A DNA stretch of 64,000 nucleotides from Spirochaetia bacterium (GCA_017642445.1 JAGCPA010000095.1:2177-66176); one strand, 5' to 3'; positions 19,498-29,988 are shown, counted from the first letter of the stretch. Notes: generated from the letters alone by a model not told the origin. A program made the numbers and translations.

Positions 19498-20657
19498 AAA
19501 AGCTTTTACTTATTGCCTTAATTCTTATTCTTCCTGTGCTCTCATTTGCAGATAAAAAGACTGAGCAGTTTGCATCCCTTATCGGGACAAATAATGTTGC
19601 AAAGATCGAGGCTGCCATCAAGGATGGAGCCAATGTGAACGGCGGCAGCGGGGACAAGGCAATGACTCCTCTTATGATAGCAAGCCAGAATGATGATGCC
19701 CTTGAGGTGGTCAAACTGCTCCTTAAGTATGGGGCAAAGGTGAACGAGACCAACACCCAGGGTGATACAGCACTGCTCCTTGCGGCCCAGACCACCACAA
19801 ATACCGATATCATCAACACCCTTATTGAGGCAGGTGCAGATGTGAATGTAAGGAACAGGGATCAGGTTACACCTCTTATGGCAGCGGCAGGGCAGAACTT
19901 CAAGTCTTCTGTCACCGAGGCTCTGCTTAAAGCAGGTGCCAACGTGGCTGACAGGGATATGGATGGAAGAACCCCCCTTATCTTTGCTGTCACCTATAAC
20001 GAGAACCCGAAGATCACCGAAGCCCTTTTGAAGAGCGGGGCAGACTGCAACTCCAAGAACCGCTACGGCCTTCCTGTGATCATGATGGCTGCTCAGTCCA
20101 ACAAGAATGTGGATGTCCTCCGTGTCCTTATCGAGAACGGTGCAGATATCAACTGCAAGGTCGAGGCATTCAATCCTATGATCTATGCCGCAATCTACAA
20201 CCCTAATCCCGCAGTGATCGAGCTTCTTCATAAGAAGGGCCTCTCCATAAGCGAATATAATGCCAACGGAGTCTCTCCATTCCTCTATTCCTGCTTCTAC
20301 AACTTCTCGTCCGACATCACACAGAAGTTCCTGGAGTTGGGTGCAGACCCTAAGCAGACCGATGTCAACGGAATCTCTGCTCTGATGTATGCCTCCATGC
20401 ACAACGGCAACCCTGAGGTGATCCATATCCTCACCAAGGCAGGAGCCGACGTGAATGCCAAGGAGAAGAACGGCGGCCTTACACCGCTCATGCTGGCAGC
20501 TCTTCAGAACGAGCATTCCACCATTATCAAGGCTCTGCTCGAGGATGGTGCAGACATCAATCTTAAGTCTGATGCAGGGATGACAGCATACGAATATGCG
20601 GTGAAAAACGAGAGCCCTATCTCCAAATTGGATATAGTTCAAGAGCTGGAACCGTAA
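19494..20657 (+). CDS. Secreted ankyrin-repeat protein
   Basis: Signal peptide [19 protein letters not shown] followed by at least 9 ankyrin repeats (TPLMxAA...LLKxGAxVN periodicity). Confidence 0.8.
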   Translation: MKKLLLIALILILPVLSFADKKTEQFASLIGTNNVAKIEAAIKDGANVNGGSGDKAMTPLMIASQNDDALEVVKLLLKYGAKVNETNTQGDTALLLAAQTTTNTDIINTLIEAGADVNVRNRDQVTPLMAAAGQNFKSSVTEALLKAGANVADRDMDGRTPLIFAVTYNENPKITEALLKSGADCNSKNRYGLPVIMMAAQSNKNVDVLRVLIENGADINCKVEAFNPMIYAAIYNPNPAVIELLHKKGLSISEYNANGVSPFLYSCFYNFSSDITQKFLELGADPKQTDVNGISALMYASMHNGNPEVIHILTKAGADVNAKEKNGGLTPLMLAALQNEHSTIIKALLEDGADINLKSDAGMTAYEYAVKNESPISKLDIVQELEP

Positions 20658-20685
20658 ATATTTTATAATATATCTAAAATATTTA

Positions 20686-20715
20686 TTGACAATTCAGGCC
20701 TCGCTCCCTTATCAT
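20686..20715 (+). promoter_or_regulatory. Sigma70-like promoter upstream of the EF-G paralog
   Basis: TTGACA (20686-20691), 18-nt spacer, TATCAT (20710-20715). AGGAGG ribosome-binding site 5 nt upstream of ATG 20741. Confidence 0.5.
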
Positions 20716-20740
20716 ATATAGAGCCCAACAGGAGGATTTT

Positions 20741-22825
20741 ATGGGATTTACTACTGAACAAATTAAAAACACAGCTGTCATCGGGCATGTAGGCACAGGA
20801 AAGACTACACTGCTTGAGCATATTCTTTTTGCTGGTGGCGCAATTCCAAAGGCTGAGACTGTAGACGGTGGAAAGACAGTCAGCGACTATACCGACGAGG
20901 AGATCGAAAAGAAGATTTCCTTCCATTCCACACTTTCATTCATTGAGAAAAATGGCAAGAAGCTTAATTTTATAGATACTCCGGGTGCATCTGACTTCGT
21001 AGGAGAGGTTATCCTGGGACTCAGAGCATGCGAGACCGGAATGCTGGTTGTAGGTGCCGATACAGGTGCTCAGATCGAGACCATCAAGCTGTGGCGGCGT
21101 CTGGATGGCCGGAATATCCCACGGTTCATCTTCATCAACAAGATGGATAAGGACAGAGCATCTTTTGCTGAGGCTCTGGATGACCTTAAGAAAAAATTCC
21201 ATAAGACTTTTGTTCCTGTTGTCATTCCAATGGGCGATGCAAAAGATTTCAAGGGTGTAATTGACCTCCTTTCCGAGAAGGCTTATATGATTCCAGCCGG
21301 CGGTGGAAAAGAGGTTGCAGTAGATATTCCTGCTGACATGGCAGATCTGGTTGCCCAGTATAAAGAGGCTCTCATCGAGGGAGCTGCTGAGGGCGATGAC
21401 GAGATCATGGAGAAGTATCTGGAAAGCGGCGAGCTCAGCCCGGAAGATGTTAAGAAGGCTCTTATCGAAGGTCTCCACGACAACAAGCTGGCTCCAGTTC
21501 TCTGCGGTTCAGGTCAGCTGGGCTGCGGTATTGAGGCTCTTATCAACTTCATCTCCGAAGTTTCTCCATCTCCACTTGGATTCAACGATGTCCTCCTGGA
21601 TGCAGAAGGAAACCAGAAGCTGGTTCCTATCTCTCCAGATGGCGATGTAAAGGTATTCACATTCAAGACAAATATCGACCAGTTCTCCGGAAAGCTTTCA
21701 TTCTGGAAGTGTATCACCGGTACAGTTACAGCTGATATGGAGCTTATGAATGCCCGCGAGGGAAAGAAAGAGAAGGTGACCAAGCTCTATACTGCAGTAG
21801 GAAAGAAGCTGATCGACCTTAAGGAGATTGTTGCAGGCGATATCGGAATCGCATCCAAGATGCCTCTTACCCTGACCAACGACACAATGTTCACAGGCGA
21901 GCTCAAGGATACATTCATCAAGCTGCGTCTGCCGACCCCTACATACGAAGTTTCTGTATCTGCCAACGACAAGAAGAACGAGGATAAGCTGGCACAGTTC
22001 ATGCAGAAGGCTTCCACCGAAGACAACACATTCCGTGTATCCTACAACAAGGAGACAGCCGAGACCATCATCTCCGGAATGGGCGAGCTCCAGGTCAACA
22101 TGATCCTTGATAAGATCCAGAATAACCAGAAGATTGGCATCACCACCAAGATTCCACAGGTTGCATACCGTGAGACAGTCACCAAGAAAGCTTCCGGAAG
22201 CTTCCGGCACAAGAAGCAGTCTGGTGGTCATGGTCAGTTTGCAGAGGTTCATTTCGAGATCCAGCCAATCGAGAGAGGCGAGTATCTCAGATTTATAAAC
22301 ACCATCAAGGGTGGAGCAGTTTCCAAGGGTTATATCCCTGGAATAGAAAAGGGAATTGCGGAAGGAATGCAGGAAGGTGTTCTTGCAGGATATCCGGTTG
22401 TAGATATAGAAGTAAACCTGTTCGATGGAAAAGAGCATCCGGTCGACTCTTCAGAAATGGCATTCAAGCTTGCAGCCAAAGGCTGTCTTAAGGATGTCAT
22501 TGAAAAGGCTTCACCTGTTCTCCTGGAGCCTATCATGAAACTCACAGTATTTGTGGCCGACCAGTATCTTGGCGATGTTCTTTCTGACCTCAGTTCCAAG
22601 CGTGGTAGAGTGCTTGGTCAGGACAGCATGGGTGGTGGTATGCAGCAGGTAAATGCAGAAGTTCCTCAGTCTGAGCTTCTGAGATACGCAATAGACCTGC
22701 GCTCACTCACATCAGGAACCGGCTCCTTCGAGGTTGAATTCGATCACTACAGCCCGATAAACGGCAAGATTGCTGATGCTGTTATTGCAGAGGCAAAAGC
22801 TAAGAGAGAGGCTGCACAGGCTTAA
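20741..22825 (+). CDS. Elongation factor G paralog (EF-G2-like translational GTPase)
   Basis: G domain with divergent motifs (GHVGTGKTT, DTPGASDF, NKMD). Five-domain EF-G architecture at 694 aa. Not the canonical fusA (AHIDAGKTT / DTPGHVDF). Confidence 0.85.
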   Translation: MGFTTEQIKNTAVIGHVGTGKTTLLEHILFAGGAIPKAETVDGGKTVSDYTDEEIEKKISFHSTLSFIEKNGKKLNFIDTPGASDFVGEVILGLRACETGMLVVGADTGAQIETIKLWRRLDGRNIPRFIFINKMDKDRASFAEALDDLKKKFHKTFVPVVIPMGDAKDFKGVIDLLSEKAYMIPAGGGKEVAVDIPADMADLVAQYKEALIEGAAEGDDEIMEKYLESGELSPEDVKKALIEGLHDNKLAPVLCGSGQLGCGIEALINFISEVSPSPLGFNDVLLDAEGNQKLVPISPDGDVKVFTFKTNIDQFSGKLSFWKCITGTVTADMELMNAREGKKEKVTKLYTAVGKKLIDLKEIVAGDIGIASKMPLTLTNDTMFTGELKDTFIKLRLPTPTYEVSVSANDKKNEDKLAQFMQKASTEDNTFRVSYNKETAETIISGMGELQVNMILDKIQNNQKIGITTKIPQVAYRETVTKKASGSFRHKKQSGGHGQFAEVHFEIQPIERGEYLRFINTIKGGAVSKGYIPGIEKGIAEGMQEGVLAGYPVVDIEVNLFDGKEHPVDSSEMAFKLAAKGCLKDVIEKASPVLLEPIMKLTVFVADQYLGDVLSDLSSKRGRVLGQDSMGGGMQQVNAEVPQSELLRYAIDLRSLTSGTGSFEVEFDHYSPINGKIADAVIAEAKAKREAAQA

Positions 22826-22875
22826 AATGTCCCCAAGCCTATACGGCTGTGTTTAATCTCTTAAGTTCAATTCCG

Positions 22876-22898
22876 ACCCCGGCTTTTGCCGGGGTTTT
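22876..22898 (+). terminator. Rho-independent terminator after the EF-G paralog
   Basis: ccccggc-tttt-gccgggg hairpin followed by a T5 run. Confidence 0.7.
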
Positions 22899-22915
22899 TA
22901 CTAGGGGGATACGCT

Positions 22916-23677
22916 ATGAAAAAGATTGCAATTTATGGAAAAGGGGGAATCGGTAAATCGACCGTCACCTCCAATATATCAGCAGCTCTGGCGATAAAAG
23001 GCTACAAAGTCATGCAGATAGGCTGCGACCCAAAGGCAGACTCTACAATCAACCTTATGCATGGAAAGCAGCTTGAGCCTGTCCTCAACTACATGCGTGA
23101 CCACGATTCAAATCCTAAGATTGAAGATATAATCCACCCCGGTTTCGCAGGTGTCATGTGCATGGAGACAGGCGGCCCGACACCGGGACTCGGCTGTGCC
23201 GGAAGGGGAATAATTGCCACATTCCAGCTTATGGACGAGCTCAATGTGTTCGACACCCTTAAGCCTGATGTTGTCCTCTATGATGTTCTTGGCGATGTTG
23301 TGTGCGGCGGTTTTGCTGCCCCGATCCGGGAGGGTTATGCCCAGGATATCTACATTGTAACCTCGGGCGAGAAGATGTCTCTCTTTGCTGCCAACAATAT
23401 ACGCACAGCAGTTAAGAACTTCGAGGAGAGGGGCTATGCCAGGGTGCGGGGAATAATCTTCAACTCCCGCGGTCTTAATGGCGAGGAGGAGAAAGTGCAG
23501 GCCTTTGCCGACAGCATTGGTGTCCCTGTCATCGGCCATCTGCCCAGATCCCAGGAGATTATGGATTTTGAGGACAAGGGAATGACTGTTGTGGAGGGAA
23601 ATCCAGACCTCCCTATAAGCAGAGAATTCCTCTCCATTGCAGATAAAATAATGAAGTGTAAGAACGATGAGAGCTGA
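22916..23677 (+). CDS. NifH/BchL/CfbC-family ATPase (nitrogenase iron protein-like)
   Basis: P-loop YGKGGIGKST and switch regions. Both [4Fe-4S]-ligating cysteines are conserved (GLGCAGRG, VVCGGFAAP). AGGGGGA ribosome-binding site. The track ORF starts earlier at 22886. Confidence 0.85.
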   Translation: MKKIAIYGKGGIGKSTVTSNISAALAIKGYKVMQIGCDPKADSTINLMHGKQLEPVLNYMRDHDSNPKIEDIIHPGFAGVMCMETGGPTPGLGCAGRGIIATFQLMDELNVFDTLKPDVVLYDVLGDVVCGGFAAPIREGYAQDIYIVTSGEKMSLFAANNIRTAVKNFEERGYARVRGIIFNSRGLNGEEEKVQAFADSIGVPVIGHLPRSQEIMDFEDKGMTVVEGNPDLPISREFLSIADKIMKCKNDES

Positions 23678-24977
23678 ATTCAGGACTATAGGACAACTTG
23701 CATCTGAAAAGAGAGAGAATAAGTCTGTACCTGTATTCGGCGGCTGCTGGCTGCACTACAACGGCCCCGGCAGTTCCGGCTACGGAGTCAAGCGGACCGC
23801 TATGCTGCTGCCGGAAAGTGCAATGCTTATGGTCGGCCCTATGGGGTGCAGCCGCTCCGGCACAGTAGTTGCCGAAAAATATTGCTTTGCCCACCGCATG
23901 TTCTATCTCCACCTTGACGACAGGAGCATCGCCCTTGGTTCTTATCTCAAGAGAATACCCGAAGCAGTCCAATATATAAAATATCTTGGCCAGTTCAAGG
24001 CAGTTCTTATCTGCATGACATGCCTGGATGCCCTGCTTGGGACTGACCTGGCCGGGATTGGGAAAAAGATAAGCCGTGAGGTTGGCATTCCTGTCACCAC
24101 AACTTTTATGGATCCGATTGTGAGGGATGGAAACTATGGCCCCATGGTGCAGGTCCGGCAGGCTATAACAAACTGCTTTGAAGCCCAGGAAAACGCCTCT
24201 GGAGGCAAAGATGCGGTCAACCTTCTTGGAACTTTTGCCCCGCTGGAGAATAAAAGCGAGCTTTTGACCATTCTTAAAGAGGCTGGAATAAAAGAGATAA
24301 AGACAGTCGCAGGCTGCAGTACCTTTGAGGAACTTAAGGATATGGGGAACTCCAGGGCAAATATAATAGTGCATCCTCAGGCTGCGGCATGCGGGGCAGA
24401 TTTGGAAAAACGCCTTGGTATGCCATATATAAAGCTTTTCACTTCTTATGTTCCAGATACAATTGAAGAGAATTATAAAAAGCTTGGAGAGCTCCTTAAG
24501 GCTGAGATCTGCTGCAAAGATGAGAAGAGAGCTGCAGAGAAAAAGATAGAGGAATTCGCTGATAAGCACCATGGAAAGAGGATTGCAGTAGGAGAGGCTG
24601 TCTGTGGAAATCCATTCGATATAGCTCTCATGATTTTAAATGCTGGAATAGAAGTGCCTTTTATCTTCAGAGATATGATTCACCCCGAGGACTGGGATTT
24701 AATTGCAGAACTGAACAGGATAGCACCAGAGCTCAAGGTCTATTCCGGAGTGCATCCTACTACAGCTGCATCTCCATCCTCGCTGCCAGAAGCTGACCTT
24801 ATGCTTGGTCTTGATGCAGGCTATTACAATCAGCAGGCAATAAGCGCCGCATGGCCATTCGACAGGACTTTCTACGGGTTTGACGGCATAAATGCGCTTC
24901 TTGAGATTATGGACAGTGCTTTCTCCAACCCTAAAGGGCACAGGGAGCAGATGAAAGGAACATATCTTACGGTGTAG
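23667..24977 (+). CDS. Nitrogenase component 1-type oxidoreductase, NifD/NifE/BchN-like subunit
   Basis: 436 aa. Start overlaps the nifH-like stop (ATGAGAGCTGA). N-terminal cysteines (GGCW, GPMGCSRSG, LICMTCLD) fit a subunit-interface cluster site. Nitrogenase/oxidoreductase component 1 fold. Confidence 0.7.
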   Translation: MRAEFRTIGQLASEKRENKSVPVFGGCWLHYNGPGSSGYGVKRTAMLLPESAMLMVGPMGCSRSGTVVAEKYCFAHRMFYLHLDDRSIALGSYLKRIPEAVQYIKYLGQFKAVLICMTCLDALLGTDLAGIGKKISREVGIPVTTTFMDPIVRDGNYGPMVQVRQAITNCFEAQENASGGKDAVNLLGTFAPLENKSELLTILKEAGIKEIKTVAGCSTFEELKDMGNSRANIIVHPQAAACGADLEKRLGMPYIKLFTSYVPDTIEENYKKLGELLKAEICCKDEKRAAEKKIEEFADKHHGKRIAVGEAVCGNPFDIALMILNAGIEVPFIFRDMIHPEDWDLIAELNRIAPELKVYSGVHPTTAASPSSLPEADLMLGLDAGYYNQQAISAAWPFDRTFYGFDGINALLEIMDSAFSNPKGHREQMKGTYLTV

Positions 24978-24985
24978 AGGGAAAT

Positions 24986-26008
24986 ATGAAAGGATTCTTC
25001 AGATATTTAGCCCCCTTTGCCCCGGACTACTCAGGGGCAGTCTCTGCCTTGTATGCTGCAGGAGGACTTGTTGTGCTGTGCGATCCGGGCGGGTGCTCCG
25101 GCAATGTGGCAGGTTACGACGAGCCCCGTTTCTATGGCGATAAAGTGTGCTTCTACAGCTCTGCCATAAGAGAGATGGACACAATTTTCGGCCGGGATGA
25201 CAAGCTTAAGAAGAAAATATGCGCCGCAGTTTCCCTTGGCAGCTATAAGTTTGTGGCTCTTGTCGGCACCCCTGCAGTCTCTGTGATAGGGACCGACCTT
25301 GCAGCCGCCGCTAAGGCAGTGGAGCAGGAGACAGGAATACCTGCATTCAGTGTATGCACATCCGGGATGGAGAATTACTCCTTCGGCGAGGCCAAGGCTA
25401 TAATGGCTTTTGTAAAGAAATTCCTGCCACCTGATCCTGCTGCTGTGTCATCAGCTGATACAGCAAAAATTGGGATATTCGGGGCTACACCGCTTAACAG
25501 GGCTTCTGATGATGACCTTGTCTCAATCGCTTCTGCAGATGGCGGCACTCTGTTATCTGAGAATACTGCAGTTGATGCATTGAGGAATATTACCCGGTTC
25601 AAAGAAATTGTATGTTATTCTCCTGGAGCAATAGGGGCATGCCGCCTTATAAAGGAGAGGTTCGGAATCCCATACAGCTTGAGCTATCCAGAGACTCCAT
25701 CCCTGATAAGGGCCACAGAAGAGGCTGGCAGCGCAAAGCGTATACTTATAGTGCATCAGCAGGGGGCAGGTAACACTCTGCGCAATATAATAAGGCGCAC
25801 TTCCGATGCCGAGATTGCTGTGGGAAGTTTCTTCCTGCAGGATTCTAAATTCGCTGAAAAACAGGATCTCTTCTTCCAGGGGGAAGATGAGCTTGCTGCC
25901 GCATCAAAAAAGGTTGACCTTGTATATGCCGACCCTATGTACAGAAGGGCTCTCTCTGCCGATGCAAGATTTGTCCCTCTGGTTCACTGCGCCCTTTCCG
26001 GCTGCTAA
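24986..26008 (+). CDS. Nitrogenase component 1-type oxidoreductase, NifK/NifN/BchB-like subunit
   Basis: 340 aa. GAGGG ribosome-binding site. N-terminal VVLCDPGGCSGN cysteines. Paired with the preceding D-like subunit in NifDK/BchNB fashion. Confidence 0.6.
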   Translation: MKGFFRYLAPFAPDYSGAVSALYAAGGLVVLCDPGGCSGNVAGYDEPRFYGDKVCFYSSAIREMDTIFGRDDKLKKKICAAVSLGSYKFVALVGTPAVSVIGTDLAAAAKAVEQETGIPAFSVCTSGMENYSFGEAKAIMAFVKKFLPPDPAAVSSADTAKIGIFGATPLNRASDDDLVSIASADGGTLLSENTAVDALRNITRFKEIVCYSPGAIGACRLIKERFGIPYSLSYPETPSLIRATEEAGSAKRILIVHQQGAGNTLRNIIRRTSDAEIAVGSFFLQDSKFAEKQDLFFQGEDELAAASKKVDLVYADPMYRRALSADARFVPLVHCALSGC

Positions 26009-26010
26009 AG

Positions 26011-26039
26011 AAAAAAAAGGCTGATTGAAAAATCAGCCT
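26011..26039 (-). terminator. Hairpin terminator, effective for minus-strand transcripts
   Basis: A8 run (26011-26018), then hairpin aggctgatt-gaaa-aatcagcct. Read on the minus strand this is a stem followed by T8. It may also attenuate + strand readthrough from the nif-like operon. Confidence 0.6.
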
Positions 26040-26133
26040 AGATTCGAATTGCAAATAGTTAACTGGGAGGGGAACTATATTGCCTCGACACTTTTATTAT
26101 CGGAACATGAGAAAAATTTATTAATAATTTTTT

Positions 26134-26571
26134 TTATTTTTTCAAATATATTTTGAAAATTCCTGTGATAAGCAGGATGAAGATGATTGCGGCAACTCCA
26201 CCGGGGATATATCCATTGGCTAAGAACATCCAGGCAAGGACAGCAGACATAAATAAAAGGAAGAAGTAGACAATGTGTGCAATCACCGGCAGAATGTGGT
26301 GCCTGATAATATCACCGGCTGATACACCTGCTTTCTTAAGATTGTGTATACGCACTGCCGGAATAATGATCAAGGCAAGAGCCACACAGATAAGGATGAA
26401 CCAGTTGTAGGCCACTTTTGAATGGGTTGCGGTGCTCCAGAGCGGATACACTACGATTGCAGCCAGCGCGATGCCTGCCGCAGCAGTAAGCAGCATAGTG
26501 AACAGTCCACCCAGCAGCCTGGGATAGAACATAGCCAGCTCTTTTATCGCCGATTCTTTCCTTTTATTCAT
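26134..26571 (-). CDS. Hypothetical integral membrane protein (4 predicted transmembrane helices)
   Basis: 145 aa. GGAAGGT ribosome-binding site 5 nt before the ATG (minus strand). Hydrophobic throughout. Confidence 0.5.
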   Translation of the reverse strand: MNKRKESAIKELAMFYPRLLGGLFTMLLTAAAGIALAAIVVYPLWSTATHSKVAYNWFILICVALALIIIPAVRIHNLKKAGVSAGDIIRHHILPVIAHIVYFFLLFMSAVLAWMFLANGYIPGGVAAIIFILLITGIFKIYLKK

Positions 26572-26983
26572 ACCTTCCTATTATATCGAAAACTAAATAA
26601 AAAACAATCGGCATAAGTATAAAGGAATATACCGTAATGGAGTTCTGGGGGTAATCTTGGATTGGCATGGGAAAATATATGATATTTCACGAGAAGAAAT
26701 TGAACAAAAAAAATGGAAACCTTAAAAAGGACTGCCACTATCCTTAGCAGGGATTGGGCCGATCCTTTAGATTTCCACTAAATTAAATATACCATATTTT
26801 GAGAGGAAGTCAAGCATGAAAAAAGTAAAAATATTTGGTACCGCACGATAAACGGACGGTAGACCGAGGGGACGCCCCCCCCGGCCAGGTGTTAGCCGCA
26901 CCTGCAGTAAACTGCTACCATCCGAACTTCCAGTTAAATTATCGGTGCGGTTCTTCATTATCTAAAGGAGGAAAAAAAATAGA

Positions 26984-27055
26984 ATGAAGACACCAATCAC
27001 TTATTATGGGGGCAAACAGCAGCTGGCACAGAAGATTATCAGCCTGATACTTTAG
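26984..27055 (+). pseudogene. Remnant of a Dam-like (D12 class) N6-adenine DNA methyltransferase N-terminus
   Basis: AAAGGAGG ribosome-binding site, then MKTPITYYGGKQQLAQKIISLIL followed by a stop. Y-x-GGK and KIISLI are characteristic of Dam-family N-termini. The rest of the gene is absent. Confidence 0.35.
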
Positions 27056-27253
27056 CATATAGAGCTGCCACAGATAATAGGGCAGTACGAAAGAATGTCT
27101 CACTCCCTCGGTGGCTCTCTATTCTTGCTGACCGCAAACATATAAATTGCTCACAAGTGCTACAGGAAGCCCTTATTGCAAGGTTGTAGTATAAACCCGG
27201 CGATATTTATTCTGATGATTGTATTTTTGCCATAAAAATAGTATACTTTTTGT

Positions 27254-29977
27254 ATGTTGCAGAAAGTAGTCGAGGCCATATTCGGATCCAAGCATGACAG
27301 GGACTTAAAGGCCCTTCTTCCTATACTTCACAGTGTTAATGCCAAAGAGTCCTGGGCTATGTCGCTCAAGGACGAACAGTTCAAAGAAGTGACCCAGTCC
27401 TTCAAAGATAGGCTGCAGAAAGGGGAGACCCTGGACGACATCCTTCCCGAGGCCTTTGCCCTATGCCGCGAGGCATCCCGCCGTGTATTGGGCGAGCGCC
27501 CCTACGACGTGCAGATCATGGGTGGGATTGTCCTCCATCAGGGCAAAATCACCGAGATGAAGACTGGCGAGGGAAAGACCCTGGCCAGCGTCACTGCCGC
27601 ATACCTGAACGCACTTTCCGGTAAGGGAGTCCACATTGTCACAGTAAACGACTACCTGGCTGAGCGCGATGCCCAGTGGATGGGCAAGGTCCATAACTTC
27701 CTGGGAGTATCGGTAGGCACAGTCCTCTCCAACATGGACTTCGCCGCCAAGAAAATAGCCTATAACTGCGATATTACATATGCCACCAACAACGAGCTGG
27801 GCTTTGACTACCTGCGCGATAACATGCGCTGGAGCGACGACCAGAAGGTACAGCGTGGCCACAACTTCGCAATCGTGGACGAGATAGACTCCATCCTCAT
27901 TGACGAGGCCAGAACCCCGCTTATCATCTCCGGTGCGGCCGAGGATGACACCAGCAAGTTCTATCAGGTGGACAAACTTATCCACTATCTGGATGAATGC
28001 AAGAAAGACCCAGACACAGGCGAGTATCCCCAGGAGGACAAAGACCTGGTGGGGGACTACAAGCTGGACGAGAAGACCAAGCATGTTGTATTCACCAACG
28101 ATGGTATGAACAAGATAGAGGCCCTTCTGCTCAAGAATAAATATATTGAGGGATCTCTTTTCACCGACGACAACTTCGAATATATCCACTACTTTACCCA
28201 GGCTCTCAAGGCTCACAAGCTGTTCCACCGTGATGTGGACTATGTTGTGCAGGCAGGGGAGGTGCAGATAGTAGATGAGTTCACCGGCCGTATCCTTACA
28301 GGGCGCCGCTATTCCGACGGTCTCCATCAGGCTATCGAGGCCAAGGAGAAAATCAAGGTGGCCAGGAAGAACAGGACTCATGCCACCATCACATTCCAGA
28401 ACTACTTCAGGATGTACAACAAGCTCTCCGGTATGACCGGTACTGCCGATACCGAGGCACGGGAGTTCACAAAGATCTACGACCTTGATGTTGTGGTCCT
28501 TCCTACCAACCGTCCTGTTATCCGTGATGATATGGATGACGAGATCTACCTGAACGAAGATTATAAGTTCAAGGCTATATGCGACGAGATTGCCGCTTCC
28601 CATACAAAAGGGCAGCCTGTGCTGGTGGGTACAGTCTCCATCGAGAAGTCAGAACAGCTTTCATCGCTCCTTACCAAGCGGGGAATCCGCCACGAGGTGC
28701 TGAACGCCAAGAACCACGCCCGTGAGGCTATGATCATTGCAAACGCTGGTGCCAAGGGTTCCGTGACCATTGCCACCAACATGGCTGGCCGTGGTACCGA
28801 TATCAAGCTGGGTGGAAACCCTGAGTTCATGGCACGCAAGATGTGCGGCACCGATGCCGAGCCGGAGGAATACGAGAAAGCACTGGCCAAGGCGACAGAG
28901 AAATGGAAGGTTGACTACGAGGAGGTTAAATCGCTTGGCGGCCTTTATGTAATAGGTACAGAGCGCCATGAGTCACGGCGTATCGACAACCAGCTCCGCG
29001 GCCGTTCCGGACGTCAGGGAGACCCTGGTAAATCCAAGTTCTATATCTCTCTTGACGACACACTCATGCGCCTTTTCGGCGGTGACAACCTTAAATCTAT
29101 GATGGCCAGGATCGGCATGAAAGGGGATGAGCCTATCCATCATCCATGGATAAGCAAGTCTATAGAGAACGCCCAGAAGCGGGTGGAGGAGCGGAACTAC
29201 GAGATCCGTAAGCATCTCCTTGACTACGACAATGTGCTCAGCGAGCACCGTAAATATATCTACTCCAAGAGGGAAGAAGTCCTTGCTGACAAAGACTTCA
29301 TTGCTCATATTAAAGGCATCATAGCCGAGTTTGCTGACGACCTTTTCGAGGGAATCAAGGAGATGTCCGAGGTTCCTGAGATTATCAAGCGGTTCCGTGA
29401 GACCCTCTATTACACACCAGATGCCCATATTGATGTATCTGTGCCGAAGACACTGCCTGAACTTAAGCAGGCCATACTGGACAACATATACAGCGAGATG
29501 GATGACAAGGCTTCCAAGGTCGGGGTCGAGAACTTCAATATGTTTGCAAGGATGGAATACCTCCGCCTTATCGACATGAAGTGGCAGGAGCACCTTGAGA
29601 ACCTCGATGCCCTGAGGGAGGCTGTGAACCTGAGGGCCTATGGCCAGAAGAACCCTCTCCTTGAGTATAAGCTTGAGGGCTTCGAGATCTTTGACAAGAT
29701 GATAGATGATATCCGGAAGGTGATTGTCCGCAAGGTGATCAATGTCAAGGTGGAGCGGTATTCTGGGGAACCTCAGCGTACCCAGACCGCATCGGTTGCA
29801 ACCCACCAGGAGTCTGCGCAGTTCGATTCCCACCGGAATATGGCATCTCAGAGCGGGGCAGTGACATCCAATCCTACAGGAAACGTGCAGGTGGTGCGCA
29901 GCACCCCGAAAGTAGGCCGGAACGACCCATGCCCATGCGGCAGCGGAAAGAAATACAAGCACTGTCATGGTGCATAA
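27254..29977 (+). CDS. secA: Preprotein translocase ATPase SecA
   Basis: DEAD motor motifs and the C-terminal zinc finger [14 protein letters not shown]. 907 aa. Confidence 0.97.
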   Translation: MLQKVVEAIFGSKHDRDLKALLPILHSVNAKESWAMSLKDEQFKEVTQSFKDRLQKGETLDDILPEAFALCREASRRVLGERPYDVQIMGGIVLHQGKITEMKTGEGKTLASVTAAYLNALSGKGVHIVTVNDYLAERDAQWMGKVHNFLGVSVGTVLSNMDFAAKKIAYNCDITYATNNELGFDYLRDNMRWSDDQKVQRGHNFAIVDEIDSILIDEARTPLIISGAAEDDTSKFYQVDKLIHYLDECKKDPDTGEYPQEDKDLVGDYKLDEKTKHVVFTNDGMNKIEALLLKNKYIEGSLFTDDNFEYIHYFTQALKAHKLFHRDVDYVVQAGEVQIVDEFTGRILTGRRYSDGLHQAIEAKEKIKVARKNRTHATITFQNYFRMYNKLSGMTGTADTEAREFTKIYDLDVVVLPTNRPVIRDDMDDEIYLNEDYKFKAICDEIAASHTKGQPVLVGTVSIEKSEQLSSLLTKRGIRHEVLNAKNHAREAMIIANAGAKGSVTIATNMAGRGTDIKLGGNPEFMARKMCGTDAEPEEYEKALAKATEKWKVDYEEVKSLGGLYVIGTERHESRRIDNQLRGRSGRQGDPGKSKFYISLDDTLMRLFGGDNLKSMMARIGMKGDEPIHHPWISKSIENAQKRVEERNYEIRKHLLDYDNVLSEHRKYIYSKREEVLADKDFIAHIKGIIAEFADDLFEGIKEMSEVPEIIKRFRETLYYTPDAHIDVSVPKTLPELKQAILDNIYSEMDDKASKVGVENFNMFARMEYLRLIDMKWQEHLENLDALREAVNLRAYGQKNPLLEYKLEGFEIFDKMIDDIRKVIVRKVINVKVERYSGEPQRTQTASVATHQESAQFDSHRNMASQSGAVTSNPTGNVQVVRSTPKVGRNDPCPCGSGKKYKHCHGA

Positions 29978-29988
29978 GGAGAGAATAA

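Noticed and set aside
19542-20642. 366-aa ORF on the minus strand
   Set aside because: Antisense shadow of the ankyrin-repeat gene. Repeat periodicity creates long open frames on the opposite strand.
26845-26950. Retron msr/msd or other known non-coding RNA (SRP, tmRNA, RNase P, c-di-GMP riboswitch) in the GC-rich inverted-repeat segment
   Set aside because: There is no reverse-transcriptase gene downstream, and none of the conserved motifs of those RNA families are present. It is kept only as an unexplained structured element in the findings.
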